A DNA stretch of 36,487 bases from a virus. Lineage: Duplodnaviria > Heunggongvirae > Uroviricota > Caudoviricetes. The translations under genes and the position numbers were made by a program. The stretch lies in IMG/VR virus record IMGVR_UViG_2718217885_000004, positions 1-36,487 of that record; one strand, 5' to 3'. The notes below the pieces were generated by a model. The model worked only from the letters and a program-made list of their open reading frames with translations. It was not told the origin of the DNA and searched no databases. Below are positions 17,850 through 27,070 of this stretch, in pieces. The first letter of the stretch is position 1; each line of letters starts with the position of its first letter.

Positions 17850-18346
17850 TGCCGGTAATTAACACGCATCAGAATATCGCCGCCTTTCTCGACATGCTGG
17901 CGGTGTCCGAAGGGACGGCGAATCACCCGCTGACGAAAAACCGGGGCTATGACGTGATAGTCACCGGACTGGACGGAAAGCCGGAAATCTTCACCGACTA
18001 CAGTGACCACCCGTTCGCGCATGGCCGACCGGCGAAGGTGTTTAACCGTCGCGGTGAAAAATCCACGGCTTCCGGTCGCTATCAGCAGCTTTACCTGTTC
18101 TGGCCGCATTACCGCAAACAGCTTGCCCTGCCGGATTTCAGTCCGTTGTCACAGGACAGACTTGCCATTCAGTTGATCCGCGAACGCGGTGCACTGGATG
18201 ACATCCGGGCGGGACGCATTGAGCGCGCCATTTCACGCTGTCGCAATATCTGGGCGTCCCTGCCGGGTGCCGGTTACGGTCAGCGTGAGCATTCACTGGA
18301 AAAACTGGTCACCGCCTGGCGTACCGCTGGCGGCGTACCGGCTTAA
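17849..18346 (+). CDS. K: Endolysin, P2 gpK-like, 165 aa
   Basis: Position in the lysis cassette and 165-aa length match P2 K. Confidence 0.8.
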   Translation: MPVINTHQNIAAFLDMLAVSEGTANHPLTKNRGYDVIVTGLDGKPEIFTDYSDHPFAHGRPAKVFNRRGEKSTASGRYQQLYLFWPHYRKQLALPDFSPLSQDRLAIQLIRERGALDDIRAGRIERAISRCRNIWASLPGAGYGQREHSLEKLVTAWRTAGGVPA

Positions 18347-18360
18347 ACGGAGTAAACACC

Positions 18361-18786
18361 ATGAAGAAATTATCCCTTTCACTGATGCTGAACGTGTCGC
18401 TGGCGCTGATGCTGGCACTGTCCCTGATTTACCCGCAGAGCGTGGCCGTCAATTTTGTCGCCGCCTGGGCGATTCTGGCGACGGTTATCTGTGTGGTTGC
18501 CGGCGGTGTCGGCGTGTATGCCACAGAGTATGTACTGGAACGCTACGGGCGGGAGCTGCCGCCGGAATCGCTGGCCGTGAAGATTGTCACGTCGCTGTTT
18601 TTGCAGCCGGTGCCGTGGCGCAGACGGGCAGTAGCTCTGGTGGTGATGGTGGCGACGTTTATCTCGCTGGTCGCTGCCGGGTGGATTTTTACCGCACTGA
18701 TTTATCTCGTGGCATCGCTGTTATTCCGGCTGATACGTACGGCCTGTCGTCAGCGTTTTGAGGGGCGGGAACCATGTCAAAGCTGA
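18361..18786 (+). CDS. lysA: Lysis regulator membrane protein LysA-like, 141 aa
   Basis: Multi-pass hydrophobic protein after the endolysin. 141 aa as in P2 LysA. Confidence 0.7.
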   Translation: MKKLSLSLMLNVSLALMLALSLIYPQSVAVNFVAAWAILATVICVVAGGVGVYATEYVLERYGRELPPESLAVKIVTSLFLQPVPWRRRAVALVVMVATFISLVAAGWIFTALIYLVASLLFRLIRTACRQRFEGREPCQS

Positions 18787-19199
18787 TGATTGTGCTGGTC
18801 GTGTTGTTATCGCTGGCGGTGGCGGGACTGTTTCTGGTGAAGCATGAAAACGCCAGCCTGCGCGTCTCGCTGGACAGGGCAAACAATGTCGCCAGCGGGC
18901 AGCAGACGACCATCACCATGCTGAAAAACCAGCTTCATGTTGCCCTTACCAGGGCAGACAAAAACGAGCTGGCGCAGGTGGCACTGCGTCAGGAGCTGGA
19001 GAACGCCGCGAAGCGTGAAGCACAGCGCGAGAAAACCATCACGAGGTTACTGAATGAAAACGAAGATTTTCGCCGCTGGTACGGCGCTGACCTGCCTGAT
19101 GCTGTGCGCCGGTTGCACCAGCGCCCGGCCTGCACTGACGCCAGTGATTGTCCACAACGCCTGCCCGAAAGTGAGCCTTTGCCCGATGCCGGGCAGTGA
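18774..19199 (+). CDS. lysB: i-spanin (Rz-like) LysB, 141 aa
   Basis: N-terminal transmembrane helix followed by a coiled-coil-like region. Its 3' end hosts the embedded lysC gene. Confidence 0.75.
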   Translation: MSKLMIVLVVLLSLAVAGLFLVKHENASLRVSLDRANNVASGQQTTITMLKNQLHVALTRADKNELAQVALRQELENAAKREAQREKTITRLLNENEDFRRWYGADLPDAVRRLHQRPACTDASDCPQRLPESEPLPDAGQ

Positions 19200-19344
19200 C
19201 CCGGAGACGAACGGTGATTTAAGTGCCGATATCCGGCAGCTTGAGAACGCGCTGGCACGCTGTGCCAGCCAGGTAAAAATGATTAAACACTGTCAGGACG
19301 AAAACGATGCTCAAACCCGACAGCCTGCGCAGGGCGCTGACTGA
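19054..19344 (+). CDS. lysC: o-spanin (Rz1-like) lipoprotein LysC, 96 aa, nested in the +1 frame of lysB
   Basis: Signal peptide with lipobox (LCAGC). Starts inside lysB in another frame and extends past it. Confidence 0.7.
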   Translation: MKTKIFAAGTALTCLMLCAGCTSARPALTPVIVHNACPKVSLCPMPGSDPETNGDLSADIRQLENALARCASQVKMIKHCQDENDAQTRQPAQGAD

Positions 19345-19774
19345 TGCCGTCACGGTGCTGAAAACCAGTCCCGAGATGCTGCGGATATTCGTGGATAACG
19401 GGAGTATTGCCTCCACACTGGCGACGTCGCTGTCATTTGAAAAGCGTTACACGCTCAATGTCATTGTGACCGACTTTACCGGTGATTTTGACCTGCTCAT
19501 CGTGCCGGTGCTGGCGTGGCTGCGGGAAAATCAGCCCGACATCATGACCACGGACGCAGGCCAGAAAAAGGGCTTCACGTTTTATGCAGACATCAACAAT
19601 GACAGCAGCTTTGATATCAGCATCAGCCTGATGCTGACCGAGCGCACGCTGGTCAGTGAGGTTGACGGCGCACTGCATGTGAAGAATATCCCGGAACCTC
19701 CGCCGCCGGAGCCGGTCACCCGCCCGATGGAGCTGTATATCAATGGCGAACTGGTGAGCAAGTGGGATGAATGA
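19307..19774 (+). CDS. R: Tail completion protein R-like, 155 aa
   Basis: Length and position match P2 R. Confidence 0.8.
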   Translation: MLKPDSLRRALTDAVTVLKTSPEMLRIFVDNGSIASTLATSLSFEKRYTLNVIVTDFTGDFDLLIVPVLAWLRENQPDIMTTDAGQKKGFTFYADINNDSSFDISISLMLTERTLVSEVDGALHVKNIPEPPPPEPVTRPMELYINGELVSKWDE

Positions 19775-20216
19775 GTTTAAGCGTTTTGAAGACCGGCTGA
19801 CCGGACTGATTGAGTCGCTGTCACCGTCAGGGCGTCGGCGACTGGCGGTAGATATTGCGAAGAAACTGCGCCAGCGCCAGCAGCAGCGAATTAAATTACA
19901 AAAAGGCCCGGATGGTACGCCGTATGTACCGAGAAAAAACCAACCAGTGCGAAATAAGAAAGGCCGGATAAAGCGGGAAATGTTTGTGAAATTACGCACT
20001 AACCGGTTTATGAAAGCAACAGCTAGCGAGAGTGCGGCGGTGGTGGAGTTTACTGGTAAGGTTGAGTGTATTGCGAGAGTACATCAATTTGGGTTGGCTG
20101 ATAAGCCTAGTTACAACAGTAAGGCTGTGGTTTATCCTGTTCGTATACTTATGGGAATCTCAGAGCGTGATACGAAATTTGTTGAAGAAGTTATTATTCG
20201 CTACCTATCTCATTAG
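19767..20216 (+). CDS. S: Tail completion protein S-like, 149 aa, with AT-rich 3' end
   Basis: Position after R. The last roughly 200 nt are markedly lower in GC than the rest of the gene. Confidence 0.75.
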   Translation: MNEFKRFEDRLTGLIESLSPSGRRRLAVDIAKKLRQRQQQRIKLQKGPDGTPYVPRKNQPVRNKKGRIKREMFVKLRTNRFMKATASESAAVVEFTGKVECIARVHQFGLADKPSYNSKAVVYPVRILMGISERDTKFVEEVIIRYLSH

Positions 20217-20266
20217 GGACGATGAAAATATAGTTTCATCAGCTATATTCTAGTATATAAAATACT

Positions 20267-20291
20267 AAGGCTACACTAGCCGTGTAGCCTT
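20267..20291. terminator. Candidate bidirectional terminator hairpin between S and the convergent ATPase cargo gene
   Basis: Perfect 10-bp stem aaggctacac / gtgtagcctt with loop tagcc. A/T-rich on both sides but no strong U-tract. Confidence 0.4.
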
Positions 20292-20316
20292 GGTATATGT
20301 TTGGGATATTATATAA

Positions 20317-21561
20317 CTAAATCCAGCGGAGGTAGAATAGTAAGTAAGGATCTCTGATGTCTAATACATCGCTTTCTTGATCCCACTCGATAATACTGCT
20401 ATTTGCAGCATCGTTGGCAATAGCAGTTGAGTGCTGACATGCACTGGTTATACTAGAACCGCTTGGGCTATCGCCATGACATAACGAGGTCACTCGAGAT
20501 ACTAAGTCAGAATAACGAAATGTCAGCGTCGGAGGATTAGAAGCAATGGCTTTTAATAAAAAGACATAAACATCGCCTTGCCAGCCATCTTTTGATATAT
20601 ATGATTTTCTATCAGAACCACGCACTTTAGGTCCTTCGCGCATTTTATCCACAATCGTGCTGTAATCTGCTGACTGAAGTGTACGTTTGCACACTCTTTG
20701 CAATGTGGCAATATCTTTTTGATATTTTATTGAAGTATCAGAAGTCTCTCTGACATTCATTTCAAAACAAGAGTTTAAGCATAAATATTGCATTAGTTGT
20801 GGTGAGCCTGCGGACTCTTTTACTAACTCACTTATAACTTCATCAGAGGCATCTATATTGAGTAGTTTGAATCCTTTCTGGGCAATAATTTTTAAGGTTG
20901 ATTCATCCCAATAATCAAAATCAATATTAAATATCCGACCTCGTAAGTCAGAGTTACCCCGAAGAACATCATCAGAATGATATGGCACTGATGCACAAAT
21001 AAATTTGCAGCCATTAGCTATGGCATCTTTTATTTGTCGTGATAGTTCGGCTTGAGCTTCTTTAGCAATATAGTGAAAATCATCGATAAAGATAACATAA
21101 TCTGTGTTTGCGATTTCTCGCTTCATTAGTTGAAAGAGATCTATCGCAAATGATTCTGAGGTTTGATCTGCTGTACTATAACCAGCGGATGCAGACCCTT
21201 TAAGACTACCTTTTGCTAAAATTACACCAGCTTGGGCAGATAATTCTCCTGTACCTGAAAATGATGAGGTGCCAGTTTTACTTTGAACTTGGGTTACTGG
21301 TACACCAAGTATGTCGAAAACGCGCTTCCATAAATCATTAGCAGATTGAACCCCTGCTCCAGTTACTTCGATTAGCCTCTGGGTTCCAAGTACTTTCTTA
21401 ACAAAGACAGTTTTTCCTGATTTTGATGGGCCAGAGATAGAAATCAGCATGGTGCCCATCTCAAGTGTATCGATTAACTGTTGCTGTTTGGATACTAGGT
21501 GATCCTCAACCAGTGTGTGGTTGGGATAACCGCCTGGGATAAAAACCTCTGTCGCCTTCAT
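20317..21561 (-). CDS. P-loop NTPase of uncertain family, 414 aa; cargo gene between S and V
   Basis: Walker A GPSKSGKT and Walker B-like YVIFIDDFHY. Antisense to the late operon. Lower GC than neighbours. No adjacent partner ORF. Confidence 0.7.
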   Translation of the reverse strand: MKATEVFIPGGYPNHTLVEDHLVSKQQQLIDTLEMGTMLISISGPSKSGKTVFVKKVLGTQRLIEVTGAGVQSANDLWKRVFDILGVPVTQVQSKTGTSSFSGTGELSAQAGVILAKGSLKGSASAGYSTADQTSESFAIDLFQLMKREIANTDYVIFIDDFHYIAKEAQAELSRQIKDAIANGCKFICASVPYHSDDVLRGNSDLRGRIFNIDFDYWDESTLKIIAQKGFKLLNIDASDEVISELVKESAGSPQLMQYLCLNSCFEMNVRETSDTSIKYQKDIATLQRVCKRTLQSADYSTIVDKMREGPKVRGSDRKSYISKDGWQGDVYVFLLKAIASNPPTLTFRYSDLVSRVTSLCHGDSPSGSSITSACQHSTAIANDAANSSIIEWDQESDVLDIRDPYLLFYLRWI

Positions 21562-21602
21562 ATATCAACGCCAACATTATTAATGGTATGCCAATTTTAC
21601 GT

Positions 21603-21620
21603 TGTAAGAGGATCAATACA
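21603..21620. promoter_or_regulatory. Candidate Ogr-dependent late promoter element upstream of V (perfect TGT-N12-ACA dyad)
   Basis: tgt aagaggatcaat aca, centred about 56 bp upstream of the V start codon. Dyad consensus recalled from P2 late promoters. Confidence 0.45.
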
Positions 21621-21667
21621 AGTTCCATTTATTGCCTGTGAGTGCTGAAAAATTCAATATTTGAAAA

Positions 21668-22303
21668 ATGAATATAAATCACTCATTACAAGAGCTTGCG
21701 CGTGCACTGCGCAACATGATCCGCACCGGTATTATTGTCGAAACCGACCTTAACGCCGGTCGCTGCCGTGTGCAGACCGGCGGCATGTGCACTGACTGGC
21801 TTCAGTGGCTGACCCATCGTGCTGGACGTTCACGCACATGGTGGGCACCTTCGGTGGGGGAACAGGTGCTGATTCTGGCCGTGGGCGGTGAACTCGACAC
21901 GGCGTTCGTTCTGCCGGGGATTTATTCCGGCGATAACCCCGCGCCGTCTGCGTCGGCGGATGCCCTGCATATCCGTTTCCCTGACGGGGCGGTGATTGAG
22001 TATGAACCTGAAACCAGCGCACTCACGGTAAGCGGAATTAAAACGGCCAGCGTGACGGCTTCTGATTCTGTTACTGCCACGGTGCCGGTGGTCATGGTGA
22101 AAGCATCAACCCGCATCACCCTGGACACACCGGAGGTGGTCTGCACCAACAGGCTGATTACCGGCACGCTGGAAGTGCAGAAGGGCGGGACGATGCGCGG
22201 CAACATTGAACACACCGGCGGTGAACTCTCATCAAACGGTAAGGTATTGCATACCCATAAACACCCCGGCGACAGCGGCGGCACAACCGGGAGTCCTCTA
22301 TGA
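21668..22303 (+). CDS. V: Baseplate spike protein, P2 gpV-like, 211 aa
   Basis: Length and position match P2 V. C-terminal His-rich apex (HTHKHPGDSGG). Confidence 0.85.
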   Translation: MNINHSLQELARALRNMIRTGIIVETDLNAGRCRVQTGGMCTDWLQWLTHRAGRSRTWWAPSVGEQVLILAVGGELDTAFVLPGIYSGDNPAPSASADALHIRFPDGAVIEYEPETSALTVSGIKTASVTASDSVTATVPVVMVKASTRITLDTPEVVCTNRLITGTLEVQKGGTMRGNIEHTGGELSSNGKVLHTHKHPGDSGGTTGSPL

Positions 22304-22647
22304 CAGCGCGTTATCTCGGAATGAATCGCAGTGATGGCCTGACTGTCACTGACCTTGAGCATATCAGCCAGAGTATCGGCGATATCCTGCGTACACCGGT
22401 CGGCTCACGGGTGATGCGTCGTGATTACGGCTCGTTGCTGGCGTCAATGATTGACCAGCCGCAGACTCCGGCGCTTGAGTTGCAGATTAAGGTCGCCTGT
22501 TACATGGCGGTGCTGAAATGGGAACCCCGCGTCACCCTGTCATCCGTCACCACGGCGCGCAGCTTTGACGGTCGAATGACAGTTACGTTAACCGGCCAGC
22601 ATAACGACACCGGCCAGCCACTTTCGTTAACCATCCCTGTGAGTTGA
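22300..22647 (+). CDS. W: Baseplate wedge protein, P2 gpW-like (gp25-like), 115 aa
   Basis: Length and position match P2 W; overlaps the V stop. Confidence 0.85.
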   Translation: MTARYLGMNRSDGLTVTDLEHISQSIGDILRTPVGSRVMRRDYGSLLASMIDQPQTPALELQIKVACYMAVLKWEPRVTLSSVTTARSFDGRMTVTLTGQHNDTGQPLSLTIPVS

Positions 22648-22651
22648 AACC

Positions 22652-23560
22652 ATGCCGATTATCGACCTGAACCAGCTACCCGCACCGGATGTGGTTGAGG
22701 AGCTGGACTTTGAAACCATTCTCGCCGAACGCAAGGCGACACTGATTTCCCTTTACCCGGAAGACCAGCAGGAGGCGGTCGCCCGTACCCTGACGCTGGA
22801 ATCTGAGCCTCTCGTCAAACTGCTGGAGGAAAATGCTTATCGTGAGCTTATCTGGCGTCAGCGTGTGAATGAGGCCGCACGGGCGGTAATGCTGGCCTGT
22901 GCCGCCGGTAATGACCTTGATGTGATTGGTGCCAATTACAACACCACGCGCCTGACTATCACCCCGGCAGATGATTCGACTATCCCGCCGACACCGGCAG
23001 TGATGGAGTCTGACACGGATTATCGTCTGCGTATTCAGCAGGCGTTTGAAGGCTTAAGCGTCGCCGGGTCGGTGGGAGCCTATCAGTATCATGGTCGCAG
23101 TGCTGACGGGCGTGTCGCGGATATCTCTGTCACCAGTCCGTCTCCGGCCTGCGTCACTATCTCCGTGCTGTCACGTGAAAATAACGGCGTCGCATCCGAA
23201 GACCTGCTGGCCGTGGTGCGTAACGCCCTTAATGGCGAGGACGTCAGGCCGGTGGCCGACCGCGTGACCGTGCAGTCTGCCGCCATTGTTGAATATCAGA
23301 TAAACGCCACACTTTACCTTTACCCAGGTCCCGAAAGCGAACCCATCCGCGCTGCTGCCGTGAAAAAACTGGAAGCGTATATCACGGCACAGCACCGGCT
23401 GGGGCGCGACATCCGTCTGTCTGCCATTTATGCCGCTTTGCATGTGGAAGGCGTGCAGCGTGTCGAACTGACTGCACCGCTGGCCGACATCGTGCTCAAC
23501 AGTACGCAGGCGTCTTTCTGTACCGAATACCGCGTCGTGACCGGAGGCTCGGATGAGTGA
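22652..23560 (+). CDS. J: Baseplate protein, P2 gpJ-like, 302 aa
   Basis: Length and position match P2 J. Confidence 0.85.
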   Translation: MPIIDLNQLPAPDVVEELDFETILAERKATLISLYPEDQQEAVARTLTLESEPLVKLLEENAYRELIWRQRVNEAARAVMLACAAGNDLDVIGANYNTTRLTITPADDSTIPPTPAVMESDTDYRLRIQQAFEGLSVAGSVGAYQYHGRSADGRVADISVTSPSPACVTISVLSRENNGVASEDLLAVVRNALNGEDVRPVADRVTVQSAAIVEYQINATLYLYPGPESEPIRAAAVKKLEAYITAQHRLGRDIRLSAIYAALHVEGVQRVELTAPLADIVLNSTQASFCTEYRVVTGGSDE

Positions 23561-24083
23561 TTCGCGACTGCTGCCGACCGGCTCATCACCGCTTGAAGTT
23601 GCTGCCGCAAAAGCCTGTGCGGAAATTGAAAAAACGCCGGTCAGGATTCGTGAACTGTGGAACCCGGATACCTGTCCGGCAAATCTGCTGCCGTGGCTGG
23701 CGTGGGCGTTTTCGGTCGACAGGTGGGATGAAAAGTGGCCGGAAGCGACAAAACGCGCCGTTATCCGCGATGCCTATTTCATCCACTGTCATAAAGGCAC
23801 TATTGGCGCAATCCGGCGTGTGGTGGAGCCGCTCGGCTATCTCATCAACGTGACGGAGTGGTGGGAAAACAGTGACCCGCCCGGCACCTTCCGGCTTGAT
23901 ATTGGTGTACTGGAAAGCGGCATCACAGAGGCAATGTATCAGGAAATGGAACGGCTGATTGCTGATGCCAAACCTGCAAGCCGCCATCTTATTGGCCTGA
24001 ACATTACCCGGGACATTCCCGGCTACCTGTTCGCCGGTGGTGTGGCTTACGACGGCGATGTAATTACGGTTTACCCCGGATAA
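23553..24083 (+). CDS. I: Baseplate protein, P2 gpI-like, 176 aa
   Basis: Length and position match P2 I. Confidence 0.85.
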   Translation: MSDSRLLPTGSSPLEVAAAKACAEIEKTPVRIRELWNPDTCPANLLPWLAWAFSVDRWDEKWPEATKRAVIRDAYFIHCHKGTIGAIRRVVEPLGYLINVTEWWENSDPPGTFRLDIGVLESGITEAMYQEMERLIADAKPASRHLIGLNITRDIPGYLFAGGVAYDGDVITVYPG

Positions 24084-24093
24084 GTGAGGAATA

Positions 24094-26388
24094 ATGAGCA
24101 CAAAATTCAGAACCGTTATCACCACTGCCGGTGCAGCAAAGCTGGCAGCGGCAACCGCACCGGGAGGGCGGAAGGTCAACATTACCACGATGGCCGTCGG
24201 GGATGGCGGTGGTAAATTGCCTGTCCCGGATGCCGGACAGACCGGGCTTATCCACGAAGTCTGGCGACATGCGCTGAACAAAATCAGCCAGGACAAACGA
24301 AACAGTAATTATATTATCGCAGAGCTGGTTATTCCGCCGGAGGTGGGCGGTTTCTGGATGCGTGAACTTGGCCTGTACGATGATGCGGGAACGCTAATTG
24401 CCGTGGCGAACATGGCCGAAAGTTATAAGCCAGCCCTTGCCGAAGGCTCAGGGCGTTCGCAGACCTGCCGCATGGTCATCATCGTCAGCAGTGTGGCCTC
24501 AGTGGAGCTGACCATTGACACCACAACGGTGATGGCAACGCAGGATTACGTTGATGACAAAATTGCAGAACATGAACAGTCACGACGTCACCCTGACGCC
24601 TCGCTGACCGCAAAAGGTTTTACTCAGTTAAGCAGTGCGACCAACAGCACGTCTGAAACACTGGCTGCAACGCCGAAAGCGGTAAAGACCGCCTATGACC
24701 TTGCTAACGGGAAATATACCGCGCAGGATGCCACCACCGCGCGAAAAGGCCTTGTTCAGCTCAGTAGTGCGACTAACAGCACGTCTGAAACGCTCGCCGC
24801 AACGCCGAAAGCGGTAAAGGCCGCGTATGACCTTGCTAACGGGAAATATACCGCACAGGACGCCACCACAGCGCGAAAAGGTCTTGTCCAGCTCAGTAGC
24901 GTCACCAACAGCGATTCTGAAACGCTTGCGGCAACACCAAAGGCGGTTAAGACAGCGTATGACCTTGCTAACGGGAAATACACTGCACAGGATGCCACCA
25001 CGGCGCGAAAAGGTCTTGTCCAGCTCAGTAGCGCCACCAACAGTGATTCTGAAACCCTCGCGGCAACGCCAAAAGCAGTGAAGTCTGCCTATGACAATGC
25101 TGAAAAACGTCTTCAGAAAGATCAGAACGGTGCGGATATTCCGGGAAAGGATACCTTCACGAAAAATATCGGTGCCTGTCGTGCTTATAGCGGCGCTTTG
25201 AGCACTGAAGCCGGAAACTGGACAACCGCTCAGTTTATTGAATGGCTGGATTCCCGTGGTGCATTTAATCATCCGTACTGGATGTGCAAAGGCTCCTGGT
25301 CATATGCAAATAACAAAATCATTACGGATACCGGATGTGGTGATATCCACCTGGCTGGTTGTGTCGTCGAGGTCATGGGAACAAAATCTGCAATCACCAT
25401 CCGAGTGACAACGCCGACAACATCAAGTGGTGGCGGTACAACCAGCGCGCAATTCACTTACATTAATCATGGGGACGGCTACTCCCCCGGCTGGCGTCGT
25501 GACTGGAATCGTCAGGGCGACGCAATGACCGGAACGATTAATCAGGACGGCGGAAGCCAGAATACCTATATGTCTACGGCCTTATGTTCAGGCACCAGAG
25601 GCGGCAAAAAATATCTCAGAAAGTTTCGTGGTGGAGAAGGAGACACTATCTGGCATGAAACAGTACAGGGCGGGGTTGTTCGCTGGGCGACTGGTAATAC
25701 TGATGCTCAGGAAGAATTATCACTCAGCTCCGCTTATGGTCTCCGTTCAAGAGGTGAGATTACATCAAGCAGTGCTAATGGTCTGCGCATTGCTTATGGC
25801 AATTATGGATTCTTTATCAGGAATGATGGCAGCAGCACTTATTTTATGTTGACTAAATCAGGTGACAGATTAGGCACTTATAATAATTTAAGACCACTGA
25901 TTATAAATGATGCCACGGGTGCTGTATCAATGGGGCATGGCCTGAGTGTTACTGGTGATATTGTCTCAAGTACCAAAGTACGTGCCGGTAGCGGGAAAAA
26001 ATTCACGGTCAGCAGCAGTAATACATCCACGAAGGAAGCCGCATTCAATTTGTGGGGAAACTCAAGTCGTCCGGTGGTGGCTGAATTAGGTGATGATGCA
26101 GGCTGGCATTTTTACAGTCAGAGAAATACAGATAACAGCATCACTTTTGCTGTTAACGGTCAGGTATCACCATCTAACTATAGTAATTTTGATTCCCGTT
26201 ATGTACGCGATATCCGGCTTGGGACTCGAGTTGTCCAGACCATGCAGAAAGGGGTGATGTATGAGAAAGCAGGGCACGTAATTACCGGGCTTGGTATTGT
26301 CGGTGAAGTCGATGGTGATGATCCCGCAGTATTCAGACCAATACAAAAATACATCAATGGCACATGGTATAACGTCGCACAGGTGTAA
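24094..26388 (+). CDS. H: Tail fiber protein, P2 gpH-like, 764 aa, with internal tandem repeats
   Basis: Conserved N-terminal part follows I; contains four 44-aa repeats. Longer than the 669 aa I recall for P2 H. Confidence 0.85.
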   Translation: MSTKFRTVITTAGAAKLAAATAPGGRKVNITTMAVGDGGGKLPVPDAGQTGLIHEVWRHALNKISQDKRNSNYIIAELVIPPEVGGFWMRELGLYDDAGTLIAVANMAESYKPALAEGSGRSQTCRMVIIVSSVASVELTIDTTTVMATQDYVDDKIAEHEQSRRHPDASLTAKGFTQLSSATNSTSETLAATPKAVKTAYDLANGKYTAQDATTARKGLVQLSSATNSTSETLAATPKAVKAAYDLANGKYTAQDATTARKGLVQLSSVTNSDSETLAATPKAVKTAYDLANGKYTAQDATTARKGLVQLSSATNSDSETLAATPKAVKSAYDNAEKRLQKDQNGADIPGKDTFTKNIGACRAYSGALSTEAGNWTTAQFIEWLDSRGAFNHPYWMCKGSWSYANNKIITDTGCGDIHLAGCVVEVMGTKSAITIRVTTPTTSSGGGTTSAQFTYINHGDGYSPGWRRDWNRQGDAMTGTINQDGGSQNTYMSTALCSGTRGGKKYLRKFRGGEGDTIWHETVQGGVVRWATGNTDAQEELSLSSAYGLRSRGEITSSSANGLRIAYGNYGFFIRNDGSSTYFMLTKSGDRLGTYNNLRPLIINDATGAVSMGHGLSVTGDIVSSTKVRAGSGKKFTVSSSNTSTKEAAFNLWGNSSRPVVAELGDDAGWHFYSQRNTDNSITFAVNGQVSPSNYSNFDSRYVRDIRLGTRVVQTMQKGVMYEKAGHVITGLGIVGEVDGDDPAVFRPIQKYINGTWYNVAQV
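24607..25095 (+). repeat. In-frame tandem repeat inside H: about 3.7 copies of a 132-bp (44-aa) unit
   Basis: Period of 132 bp measured between unit starts at 24607, 24739, 24871 and 25003. Units are near-identical at protein level with synonymous differences. Confidence 0.85.
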
Positions 26389-26391
26389 TTT

Positions 26392-26919
26392 ATGCAGCAT
26401 TTAAAAAATATTACTGCGGGTAATCCAAAAACTGTTGCCCAATATCAACTGACAAAAAATTTTGATGTTATCTGGTTATGGTCCGAAGAGGGAAAAAACT
26501 GGTATGAGGAAGTAAGTAATTTTCAGGAAGACACGATAAAGATTGTTTACGACGAGAATAATATAATTGTCGGCATCACCAGAGATGCTTCAACGCTCAA
26601 CCCTGAAGGTTTTAGCGTTGTCGAGGTTCCTGATATTACCGCCAACCGACGTGCTGATGACTCAGGTAAATGGATGTTTAAGGATGGTGCCGTGATTAAG
26701 AGGATTTATACGGCAGACGAACAGCAACAACAGGCAGAATCACAAAAGGCCGCGTTACTTTCCGAAGCGGAAAGCGTTATTCAGCCACTGGAGCGCGCTG
26801 TCAGGCTGAACATGGCAACAGATGAGGAGCGTAGCCGACTGGAAGCATGGGAACGCTACAGTGTTCTGGTCAGCCGTGTGGATCCTGCAAATCCTGAATG
26901 GCCGGAAATGCCGCAATAA
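26392..26919 (+). CDS. G: Tail fiber assembly chaperone, gpG-like, 175 aa
   Basis: Immediately follows H. AT-rich compared with the backbone. Confidence 0.75.
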   Translation: MQHLKNITAGNPKTVAQYQLTKNFDVIWLWSEEGKNWYEEVSNFQEDTIKIVYDENNIIVGITRDASTLNPEGFSVVEVPDITANRRADDSGKWMFKDGAVIKRIYTADEQQQQAESQKAALLSEAESVIQPLERAVRLNMATDEERSRLEAWERYSVLVSRVDPANPEWPEMPQ

Positions 26920-27070
26920 GTTGTATGAGCTGACATATCTATAGCACAGAGTAAAGCCTAATCTGACAGTCCGCTCTGTGCAAGGAGCGGACATTACCTA
27001 ACACATTGGTAACCTTCACAGATTTACGCGTTCTACATAGTTAGCATTGTATCTGATGAGTTATCATGTT

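Noticed and set aside
20317-21561. Old-family (ATPase plus TOPRIM) exclusion protein at the S/V insertion
   Set aside because: Only 414 aa, with no TOPRIM-like acidic motif region visible after the ATPase core. Kept as an unclassified P-loop NTPase.
24607-25095. Regularly spaced repeats that could look like a CRISPR array
   Set aside because: Units are 132 bp, contiguous with no spacers, in frame inside the tail fiber gene, and translate to a repeated 44-aa motif. No cas genes are present.
26969-26992. Hairpin gtccgctc / gagcggac after G as an intrinsic terminator
   Set aside because: Good 8-bp stem but no U-tract on either strand. Left as a possible structure only.
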